Positions 1-6,686 of a stretch of 32,000 nt of DNA are shown piece after piece (positions within the stretch are counted from its first letter, which is position 1; the number at the start of each line of letters is the position of its first letter). The stretch comes from Methylophaga frappieri. GTDB lineage: Bacteria; Pseudomonadota; Gammaproteobacteria; Nitrosococcales; Methylophagaceae. Location: contig NC_017856.1 of NCBI RefSeq assembly GCF_000260965.1, positions 120,001-152,000 of the forward strand. Direction: 5' to 3'. The notes under the pieces are model-generated. The model made no database searches and was not told the DNA's origin. It saw only the letters and a list, made by a program, of their open reading frames with translations. A program made the position numbers and the translations under genes.

Positions 1-667
1 AGACATGCCGCCCGGATGTTTTAGCGAGTCCCCGGTGTTCCATATATTTCATGAACCGCGCCTGGTAAATAGACAGGATAGGACCAAGGCCCATGGAAAC
101 GGTTGGAAACTGCCAGTAATCTGGCATCAGCCAAGGATGTGGATAGGAAGACAAGCCTTTACCATCCACCTCAAAGCGGAAATTATCGAGTTGCTCTTCC
201 GTTAAGCGGCCTTCAAGAAACGAACGTGCATAAATACCTGGTGACGAGTGTCCTTGGAAAAACACCATATCGGCACCATTGCCGTAGTCATCACCTTTAA
301 AGAAGTGGTTAAAACCGACATCGTATAAGGTCGCTGCCGAAGAAAAACTGGCAATATGTCCACCAACAGACCCCGGTTTCAAATTCGCTTTGACCACCAT
401 TGCCATGGCATTCCAGCGAATGTAAGAGCGCAGTTTGTGTTCCATGGCCTGATCACCGGGAATGCGTTCCTGTTGATCAGCCGGAATCGTATTCACATAG
501 GCTGTATTAGCGCTATACGGCAAATTGACACCATTGCGCCGTGCCAAATCAATCAGCTTTTCAATAATGAAATGGGCTTTTTCATCGCCTGCAATTTCAA
601 TAACAGACTCAAGCGCATCTAACCATTCCTGCGTTTCCTGCGGGTCTTGATCGACAAAATCAGTCAT
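1..667 (-). CDS. aceE: Pyruvate dehydrogenase E1 component, N-terminal part (runs off the window's left edge)
   Basis: Absent from the ORF track because there is no stop inside the window. ATG at 667-665. My reverse-strand translation is MTDFVDQDPQETQEWLDALESVIE...NTIPADQQERIPGD...LRSYIRWNAMAMVVKAN...FFQGHSSPGIYARSFLEGRLTEEQLDNFR...SSYPHPWLMPDYWQFPTVSMGLGP. This tracks the conserved AceE N-terminus. Confidence 0.9.
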   Translation of the reverse strand, partial: MTDFVDQDPQETQEWLDALESVIEIAGDEKAHFIIEKLIDLARRNGVNLPYSANTAYVNTIPADQQERIPGDQAMEHKLRSYIRWNAMAMVVKANLKPGSVGGHIASFSSAATLYDVGFNHFFKGDDYGNGADMVFFQGHSSPGIYARSFLEGRLTEEQLDNFRFEVDGKGLSSYPHPWLMPDYWQFPTVSMGLGPILSIYQARFMKYMEHRGLAKTSGRHV

Positions 668-818
668 AAACACCTTCTTAAGATCCAAAAACACCGTTAA
701 TAATAACGCGGCATTGTACCAGTTTTTGTGACTTTCGATTGCGTTAATGACGAGTTAAACCGTATCTCTGGCCGCCTGCTGCCAACATTTTCATGAAAAA
801 TGCCGGCCAAAGAATGTG

Positions 819-1415
819 TTATTGGCGTGCCAGTATGATGGGCTTGATCGTGGCACGATAAAAACGCATGAATAACAGCGTTGCCAGAATAAAGATATAC
901 AGCAATGGCTCACGAATATCGGCCTTCACCAACATCAAAAAATGCAGACAGGCCAGACAGGCAATCACGTAAGTCAGTTTATGTAGTTTTTTCCAGCGCC
1001 GACCAAGCCGTTTTATCATCGCCTTGGTGGAAGTGGCCGCAAGTGGCACTAATAACGTGAAGCTGATAAAGCCAATCGTAATGAAGGGTCGTTCGATGAT
1101 ATCAGCGAGAATTTCCGGCCAGTCAAAAAACTTATCAAGCCATAGGTATAGCAACATGTGCAAACAGGCGTAAAAAAAACAATATAGCCCCATCATACGT
1201 CGGAATTGAATCCACCCAGGCCAATCAGTCAACCAGCGTAATGGGGTCATCGTTAATGTAATCAACAAAAATCGTAACGCCCAGGTACCGGAATCACGCG
1301 TGACTTCTTCGATTGGGTTTGCGCCAAGCTGATCGGTCAATACGGCATAGGTGAGCCAAGCTGCTGGCGCGAATGCCAGCAAAAACACGACTATCTTGAT
1401 ACGGGCAATAGACAT
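819..1415 (-). CDS. msrQ: Protein-methionine-sulfoxide reductase heme-binding membrane subunit MsrQ (YedZ)
   Basis: Multi-TM protein with YedZ-like sequence (MSIARIKIVVFLL...GANPIEEVTRDSGTWALRFLLITL...). It starts 10 nt after the msrP stop. I prefer the ATG at 1415 (verified cat 1413-1415) over the track start at 1454. Confidence 0.85.
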   Translation of the reverse strand: MSIARIKIVVFLLAFAPAAWLTYAVLTDQLGANPIEEVTRDSGTWALRFLLITLTMTPLRWLTDWPGWIQFRRMMGLYCFFYACLHMLLYLWLDKFFDWPEILADIIERPFITIGFISFTLLVPLAATSTKAMIKRLGRRWKKLHKLTYVIACLACLHFLMLVKADIREPLLYIFILATLLFMRFYRATIKPIILARQ

Positions 1416-1425
1416 GTCGAATGAT

Positions 1426-2382
1426 CTAGAAGTATTTGCGCAAATCCATGCCATCGTACAGATCGGCTACTTCCTCACCATAGCCATTGAACATTAGCGT
1501 TTCGCGTTTTAAAAACTCACCAATCCGCCGTTCACGCTTCTGACTCCAGCGGGGATGATCAACGTCAGGGTTTACATTGGAATAAAATCCATATTCGTTG
1601 GGACCTGCAAGCATCCATGTCGTGGTTGGCATCCGCTCGACAAAGCGGATCCGAACAATAGACTTAATGCTTTTAAAACCATATTTCCAAGGTACAACAA
1701 GTCGAATCGGTGCGCCGTTTTGTCCCGGCATCTCATGCCCGTAAAGGCCAATCGCCAACAAGGTCAATGGATGCATGGCTTCATCCATGCGCAGAGCCTC
1801 GATATAAGGCCACTGGAGGACTTCTCGACGTTGTCCCGGCATTTGCTCAGGGTCAAACAAAGTCGTGAATTCAACAAACTTGGCATTGGTATTAGGCTGT
1901 GCTGCTTTTAATACCGCGGCCAGAGGAAAACCCGTCCACGGAATAACCATCGACCAGCCTTCAACACAACGCAAGCGGTAAATTCGCTCTTCCAGATCTT
2001 GTTTGCCGATCAAGTCGTCAACATCATACACACCGGGCTTGTCACACTCGCCATCGATCGTGACCTGCCATGGTTTATTTGGATCTGGGAAGTCCGTGGC
2101 ATAGGTTGCCGGGTCAGACTTGTCCGTACCAAACTCATAAAAATTATTGTAAGTCGTAATATCCTGATAAGTCGTTAACTTTTCATCCGTTGAGAAACGA
2201 CTTTCGGTTGTATTATCAAAGGCCTGTCCAGTGGGTTCCTTTTCTGCCAAAGCAACGGGCAAGGTTAAGGCTGCGGTCATCCCCAATGCACTGTTGATAA
2301 AGCGGCGACGGTTTAAGAAAACCTGATAATCCGTCACTTCAGACTCAGGTAGCTGCCAACGGGCCTTTCGTTTAATTAGCAT
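1426..2382 (-). CDS. msrP: Periplasmic protein-methionine-sulfoxide reductase molybdopterin subunit MsrP (YedY)
   Basis: Twin-arginine signal ([25 protein letters not shown]). Near-colinear match to E. coli YedY motifs: [60 protein letters not shown] at 2382 is preceded by GAGGGGA. The track start at 2451 is an upstream extension. Confidence 0.93.
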   Translation of the reverse strand: MLIKRKARWQLPESEVTDYQVFLNRRRFINSALGMTAALTLPVALAEKEPTGQAFDNTTESRFSTDEKLTTYQDITTYNNFYEFGTDKSDPATYATDFPDPNKPWQVTIDGECDKPGVYDVDDLIGKQDLEERIYRLRCVEGWSMVIPWTGFPLAAVLKAAQPNTNAKFVEFTTLFDPEQMPGQRREVLQWPYIEALRMDEAMHPLTLLAIGLYGHEMPGQNGAPIRLVVPWKYGFKSIKSIVRIRFVERMPTTTWMLAGPNEYGFYSNVNPDVDHPRWSQKRERRIGEFLKRETLMFNGYGEEVADLYDGMDLRKYF

Positions 2383-3004
2383 GAATTCCCCTCTTATCTC
2401 TGAAGTATCGATATAGCCAATCATCAAGGCTGAGATAACGTCCCGCCCCAATAAAAAACAACGCTAATAACATGACAAAATAAGTTGCGGCAAATTCGAT
2501 ACCATTGTTGAGCATCGCTAATCGACCATGCTCTGTCAGCCAACTGTAATTACCGTGCTCCTGCAAAATTGATTTTGCTTTGTCCAAGCGCGCTATCGCA
2601 CCCAAGGCATTTTCAGAAGCAAAAGCACTCATCGGATCATGAATTGCCTGCCAGCCATTTTTCAAATGTACCGAGACCGCAGCGACCACCATGGTGATCA
2701 TCAGCGGTATACTGATCCAGCGTACGGCAAGACCAAGCAACAATAAAATGGCACCAAAATATTCCGCTGCCCAGGCTAGATAGGCCATCAAGGCAGGAAA
2801 AGGCAGCCCCAATCCCCACTCCGCGTTGGCAAACCAATCAATCGTTGGCTGCAAACTGCTACTGCTATCAAAAGGATTCCACTTGTTATTTGCCGCAAAC
2901 CAAAACACCGGCACCAAATAAGCCCTAAGCAACAGTGGGGCTAAAAAATCCACAGCTCGAGTTTTGTCGAGCCCGTCTTGCGCGAGATTGAATAGGCGTA
3001 ACAT
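2372..3004 (-). CDS. DoxX-family integral membrane protein (long form, about 210 aa; possibly the DoxX-type partner of HvfA-class RiPP loci)
   Basis: DoxX-like pattern: [19 protein letters not shown] ... [43 protein letters not shown] at 3004 has AAGGA 7 nt upstream; the track start at 3034 has no SD and abuts a hairpin. Its stop (2374-2372) lies 11 nt inside msrP. Confidence 0.75.
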   Translation of the reverse strand: MLRLFNLAQDGLDKTRAVDFLAPLLLRAYLVPVFWFAANNKWNPFDSSSSLQPTIDWFANAEWGLGLPFPALMAYLAWAAEYFGAILLLLGLAVRWISIPLMITMVVAAVSVHLKNGWQAIHDPMSAFASENALGAIARLDKAKSILQEHGNYSWLTEHGRLAMLNNGIEFAATYFVMLLALFFIGAGRYLSLDDWLYRYFRDKRGIHAN

Positions 3005-3035
3005 GTGATTTCCTTTAAGCGTGGTCTGGGACATA

Positions 3036-3057
3036 GCAGGGACGTAACCGCCCCTGC
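3036..3057 (-). promoter_or_regulatory. Intercistronic stem-loop between the peptide gene and the DoxX gene
   Basis: GCAGGG (3036-3041) pairs with CCCTGC (3052-3057) around a 10-nt loop. No U-tract follows on the minus strand. Confidence 0.4.
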
Positions 3058-3072
3058 ATGACCATTAACGTC

Positions 3073-3372
3073 TTAACCGTTACCACCACATTTGGCTTCA
3101 CCGCATTTGCCTTCACCATCTTTTTTCATGTCTTCGCCACATTTGGCCTCACCACATTTACCTTCGCCATCTTTCTTCATGTCTTCGCCACACTTAGCTT
3201 CGCCACATTTCGCTTCATCACCATCATGCTCAGCCAAATGCATATAGCCACTGCTCAATTCTGTACTAGCAAAAGGGTTGCTATCCGCATGAATCATTGG
3301 CGAAATGGCCATACCTGCCGTCAGTGTTGCGCCGGCTACCAGAGAAAGTGTCGTTTTTTTGCTTGTCGCCAT
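3073..3372 (-). CDS. Secreted Cys-repeat peptide: HvfA/oxazolin-like candidate RiPP metallophore precursor, or a small periplasmic metal-binding protein
   Basis: ATG at 3372 with AAGGA upstream. Sec signal MATSKKTTLSLVAGATLTAGMAISPMIHA|DS. Then NPFASTELSSGYMHLAEHDGDE, followed by six KCG motifs in CxxxxC pairs (Cys 56, 61, 73, 78, 90, 95) separated by EDMKKDGEG. The mature part is about 70 aa and acidic. Confidence 0.8.
   Translation of the reverse strand: MATSKKTTLSLVAGATLTAGMAISPMIHADSNPFASTELSSGYMHLAEHDGDEAKCGEAKCGEDMKKDGEGKCGEAKCGEDMKKDGEGKCGEAKCGGNG
3088..3225 (-). repeat. 51-bp tandem coding repeat (2 full units plus 1 partial) inside the peptide gene
   Basis: Units 3088-3138 and 3139-3189 are identical at 46 of 51 nt. 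Both encode GEDMKKDGEGKCGEAKC, so all 5 differences are synonymous. The third, partial unit (3190-3225) encodes DGDEAKCGEAKC. Confidence 0.9.
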
Positions 3373-3430
3373 GGGAGTGTTCCTTTAGTTAATAAAAAAT
3401 AAACTGGTTATATCGACCAGCTTGTTTTAC

Positions 3431-3457
3431 TAGACTCCCCATAAAGGCATTTGTTAC
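3431..3457 (-). promoter_or_regulatory. Candidate ECF-type promoter for the peptide-doxX-msrPQ operon
   Basis: The minus strand reads GTAACA-N16-GTCTA (AAC in the -35, GTC in the -10), about 60 nt upstream of the ATG at 3372. Motif match by eye only. Confidence 0.25.
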
Positions 3458-3577
3458 ATCTTTTTTCGACACAAATATCGTTGTACTAAATTGCCGCTAA
3501 CGAAATGAGGTGAAATAAGATACTTTCGGTATGATGGAAGTCAGGTTTCCTAATATTTAAGGTACGATGCCTCGATA

Positions 3578-4189
3578 ATGCATTCAGCAGACTCGCAGCC
3601 CTATGATAATGAGGCAGAGCTCATCAAAGCTTTGCTCAGTAATGAAGCAACGGCATTCGAGTATTTAGTTGCCCGTTACCATATGCAGATGCGGACCGTT
3701 GCCAGCGCTATTATTGGTGAGGCCTTTGCCGATGACGTGGTACAGGATGCTTGGATTTCTGCTATTACGAATTTGCCAACATTTGCCGGGCGAAGTCGTT
3801 TATCCACCTGGTTAATGCAAATTGTTGCCAATGGCGCCAAAACGCGTTTGCGAAAGGAAAAGCGGCAAGTCTCTCTGGATAAAGACTGGCAGGCCATCGA
3901 TGAGGAGTTTGATCATCGGCAACACTGGCGACAGGATGTTTTGCCTTGGGATATTGATACGCCTGAAGCGCTCGCCACTAATCAGCAATTAGTCGCCATT
4001 ATAGAAAAAGCCTTTATTGCCCTGCCGGCGATGCAACGCGCTGTTATCGAGATGCATGATCTCCATCAAATGCCAATGCCAGAAATTTGTAACATTCTTG
4101 ACGTGAGCGCATCTAATGCGAGAGTGCTTTTACATCGTGCCCGCCATTTTGTGCGGCAGAAAATTACCCAGTTTCAGGAACAAGCATAA
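3578..4189 (+). CDS. ECF-family RNA polymerase sigma-70 factor
   Basis: Region 2 (DDVVQDAWISAITNLPTFAGRSRLSTWLMQIVANGAKTRLRKEKR) and region 4 HTH (LPAMQRAVIEMHDLHQMPMPEICNILDVSASNARVLLHRARHFVRQKI). 203 aa. Confidence 0.9.
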   Translation: MHSADSQPYDNEAELIKALLSNEATAFEYLVARYHMQMRTVASAIIGEAFADDVVQDAWISAITNLPTFAGRSRLSTWLMQIVANGAKTRLRKEKRQVSLDKDWQAIDEEFDHRQHWRQDVLPWDIDTPEALATNQQLVAIIEKAFIALPAMQRAVIEMHDLHQMPMPEICNILDVSASNARVLLHRARHFVRQKITQFQEQA

Positions 4190-4432
4190 ATGTTTCGTTG
4201 TAAAGATATTGCGCATCACGCCAGTGATTATCTTGACCAGCAGCTGACTTGGCGGCAACGGCTGGCTTTTAAACTGCATTTATTTATTTGCCGTAATTGT
4301 CGTCAATATGTGCATCAGATTGGTCAAACTGTGGCGGGGATTCGATTGATGGCGGTCAAACAGCAAAACACACTCACGACAGATCAGAAAAAAATGGCCG
4401 AAAACCTACAAAAAATTCGCCGTAAAAACTGA
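4190..4432 (+). CDS. Small soluble zinc-binding (zf-HC2 / ZAS-type) anti-sigma factor
   Basis: The ATG immediately follows the sigma factor's TAA (TAAATG). Motif is C4-x25-H30-x3-C34-x2-C37 (HLFICRNC). 80 aa, with no hydrophobic segment. Confidence 0.8.
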   Translation: MFRCKDIAHHASDYLDQQLTWRQRLAFKLHLFICRNCRQYVHQIGQTVAGIRLMAVKQQNTLTTDQKKMAENLQKIRRKN

Positions 4433-4678
4433 TTATTTCTGATACTGAGATTTCCATTCGCTATAAGGCATGCCATAAATGATGGTCCGCGCCGCATCGT
4501 AACCCATCTCCTTGCCACGTTCTTCTGCTGCGGCAAGATACCATTTCGACAAACAGTTTCGACAAAATCCAGCCAGATTCATCAAATCGATATTCTGTAC
4601 ATCTGTTCGCGTTTGCAGGTGAGCAATTAATTGACGAAACGCCGCCGCTTCGATTTCGATTTGGGTTTGTTTATCCAT
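4433..4678 (-). CDS. DUF1244-family protein
   Basis: [46 protein letters not shown] matches my memory of DUF1244. ATG at 4678 overlaps the upstream ATPase stop by 8 nt. The track start at 4741 is an extension. Confidence 0.75.
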   Translation of the reverse strand: MDKQTQIEIEAAAFRQLIAHLQTRTDVQNIDLMNLAGFCRNCLSKWYLAAAEERGKEMGYDAARTIIYGMPYSEWKSQYQK

Positions 4679-6686
4679 GATAGTCCTGTGATTGATATAA
4701 AAAACAACGAACAACCTGCCCTGTTTCAGGTTCGGTTTCACTTGGATAATGCAGTTTACAGACTGGCATCACATCTGGACAACGGGAATGAAAGTGACAT
4801 CCGGATGGCGGATTTGCCGGTGAGGGCAGCTCCCCTGTTAAAGTCACAGTGGGAGATACCGATTGCATATCCGGTACCGCCGCCAACAAAGCACGCGTAT
4901 AAGGATGTTTTGGGTGCTTCAATACCTGTTGGCGGCTTCCTGTTTCGACGACACGGCCTAAATACATGACCGCAATGCGGTGCGCCAAATAATCCACGAC
5001 ACCAATATCATGCGTAATAAACAGATAACTCAGCCCTTCCTCATTTTGTAGATCCCGGAGCAGGTTCAATATCTGCGCCTGAACTGAAACATCCAGGGCG
5101 CTGGTTGGTTCGTCACAAATCAGCAATGCTGGCTCTGCCGCCAAAGCTCTGGCAATGCACAGTCGCTGGCGTTGGCCACCAGAAAAAGCATGCGGATAAC
5201 GATGTAAAATATCCGTATTCAGCCCCACTTTCCTTAACAGATCCTCAATGACTGTCTGTTGCGCTACGCTTGAGAGTTTATCTTGCCGCGCTTGCAGACC
5301 TTCCAACAGGATTTGTTGCACCGTCATTCTCGGATTCATTGATGCAAACGGATCCTGAAAAATAATCTGCATTGGCAGCCTGTCACCTTGCGCCGCTTTT
5401 ACTAATGCTTTGTTGCCCGATTTTGCAGCAAACTGTATTTCACCACCAATGATTAGTTGTAGCTGTTGTACCGCCTTAGCCAAGGTACTCTTACCGCAAC
5501 CAGATTCGCCAACGATGGCTAAGGTCTCACGTTCATTCAAGCGCAGACTTACCCCATCAACCGCCTTAACCCAGCCTTTAGTACGCTGCAAGATACCTTT
5601 GCGAATTGGAAAATGTACTTGTACCTGATCCAGTCTTAACATAACACGTGTGGCAGGCTCAGTTTCATCGGGCACGCCAGATGACTGCGGTTGAGAAGAA
5701 ACTGCCATAGGCCATGTTCTATCTGGATCAAACTGATGGCAACGCACGCCATCATGTCGCTCACCAAACCAGTTAGGTAACTGTTCCTCACAGACCGGCT
5801 GACGCTGTTGACAACGGGCCGTAAAACGACAGCCGGTAAAGACCTGATTCAATGGCGGTACCGTGCCCGGAATGACGGCAAGAGGCGCGTCTCGCTGTTG
5901 TGTAGATGGCATGGCAGCAAAGAGTCTTTCACTGTATGGATGCCGGGGCTGCTTAAAAAAAGTCCGGCGGTCGGCTGTTTCCACAATCTGGCCGGCATAC
6001 ATCACGGCTATTCGGTCTGCCATTTGTGCAACGACACCTAAATCATGACTGATCAACAGAATCGCCATACCGGTTTCTTGTTGCAATTTTTTTAATAACC
6101 CTAAAATCTGTGCCTGAATAGTCACGTCAAGCGCTGTAGTCGGTTCATCGGCAATCAATAAATCTGGCTTGCCTGCCAGTGCCATAGCAATCATCACACG
6201 TTGTTTCATGCCCCCGGAAAGCTGATGTGGATAAGCAAAGAAACGCTTTTCAGGATCCGGTATACCAACCTGCACGAACAGTTCAATACATCGTGCTTTG
6301 AGTTGCGCAGCTGATAAATCAAAATGCCAGCGCAGCACTTCAAGCAATTGTTGACCTATCGTTAACACTGGGTTCAACGCGCTTTGTGGATCCTGAAAAA
6401 TCATAGCGATTTTCCGCCCCCTGACCCGCTCCATGTCAGCCTCTGAGCAACGTAACAAATCCCGATCATTAAGCCGAATTTGACCACTGACAATCTGACT
6501 TGCGGGTTGTGGGTTTAATTGCAGTAACGACAGCGCCGTCATTGATTTGCCACAGCCTGACTCACCCAGTAAGGCGAATGTTTCTCCGCGATCGATATAG
6601 AAATCAACGCCATCGACAACGCGATAGGCCTGCTCTGCCTTGCCAAACCAGGTTTTTAAATGTGCCACTTCAAGTAAATGGCTCAT
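4671..6686 (-). CDS. ABC transporter ATP-binding protein, two fused ATPase domains (oligopeptide/dipeptide/YejF type)
   Basis: Two Walker A motifs (GESGCGKS twice), two signature motifs ([16 protein letters not shown]) and two Walker B motifs ([24 protein letters not shown]). An Opp-type Cys-containing C-terminal extension follows each domain. Confidence 0.93.
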   Translation of the reverse strand: MSHLLEVAHLKTWFGKAEQAYRVVDGVDFYIDRGETFALLGESGCGKSMTALSLLQLNPQPASQIVSGQIRLNDRDLLRCSEADMERVRGRKIAMIFQDPQSALNPVLTIGQQLLEVLRWHFDLSAAQLKARCIELFVQVGIPDPEKRFFAYPHQLSGGMKQRVMIAMALAGKPDLLIADEPTTALDVTIQAQILGLLKKLQQETGMAILLISHDLGVVAQMADRIAVMYAGQIVETADRRTFFKQPRHPYSERLFAAMPSTQQRDAPLAVIPGTVPPLNQVFTGCRFTARCQQRQPVCEEQLPNWFGERHDGVRCHQFDPDRTWPMAVSSQPQSSGVPDETEPATRVMLRLDQVQVHFPIRKGILQRTKGWVKAVDGVSLRLNERETLAIVGESGCGKSTLAKAVQQLQLIIGGEIQFAAKSGNKALVKAAQGDRLPMQIIFQDPFASMNPRMTVQQILLEGLQARQDKLSSVAQQTVIEDLLRKVGLNTDILHRYPHAFSGGQRQRLCIARALAAEPALLICDEPTSALDVSVQAQILNLLRDLQNEEGLSYLFITHDIGVVDYLAHRIAVMYLGRVVETGSRQQVLKHPKHPYTRALLAAVPDMQSVSPTVTLTGELPSPANPPSGCHFHSRCPDVMPVCKLHYPSETEPETGQVVRCFLYQSQDYHG

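Noticed and set aside
781-807. Imperfect hairpin / palindrome (core ATTTTCATGAAAAT) after msrQ and about 120 nt upstream of aceE
   Set aside because: As a terminator it needs two G-U pairs and a bulge, and it lacks a U-tract. As an operator it matches no site I recognise. It is noted but not supportable as a feature.
2383-2451. Longer N-termini given by the ORF track for msrP (2451), msrQ (1454), DoxX (3034), DUF1244 (4741), thiDE (16836), thiO (18837), apt (14555), RDD (29152) and HIT (30269)
   Set aside because: These extensions overlap upstream genes and lack SD sequences. Several begin at TTG/GTG rendered as M. They add non-conserved residues ahead of recognisable family N-termini, and internal starts with good SDs were verified on the DNA.
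3058-3402. 114-aa plus-strand ORF rich in F/T/A opposite the peptide gene
   Set aside because: It is the antisense reading of the GC-skewed tandem repeat. It has no signal, no RBS and a low-complexity FATF composition. The minus-strand frame has a proper signal peptide, an SD and synonymous-only repeat divergence.
3536-3550. GGAA-N7-TTCC palindrome about 30 nt upstream of the sigma factor start
   Set aside because: Only 4+4 strict base pairs, which is expected by chance in 200 bp of intergenic DNA. There is no second copy in the window.
5739-5831. Cys-rich segments after each ATPase domain of the ABC protein (C286, C292, C299, C316, with a similar set near the C-terminus), considered as a novel metal site
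   Set aside because: This is the ordinary C-terminal extension of Opp/Dpp-type ATPases. It is known to carry conserved cysteines and is not specific to this locus.
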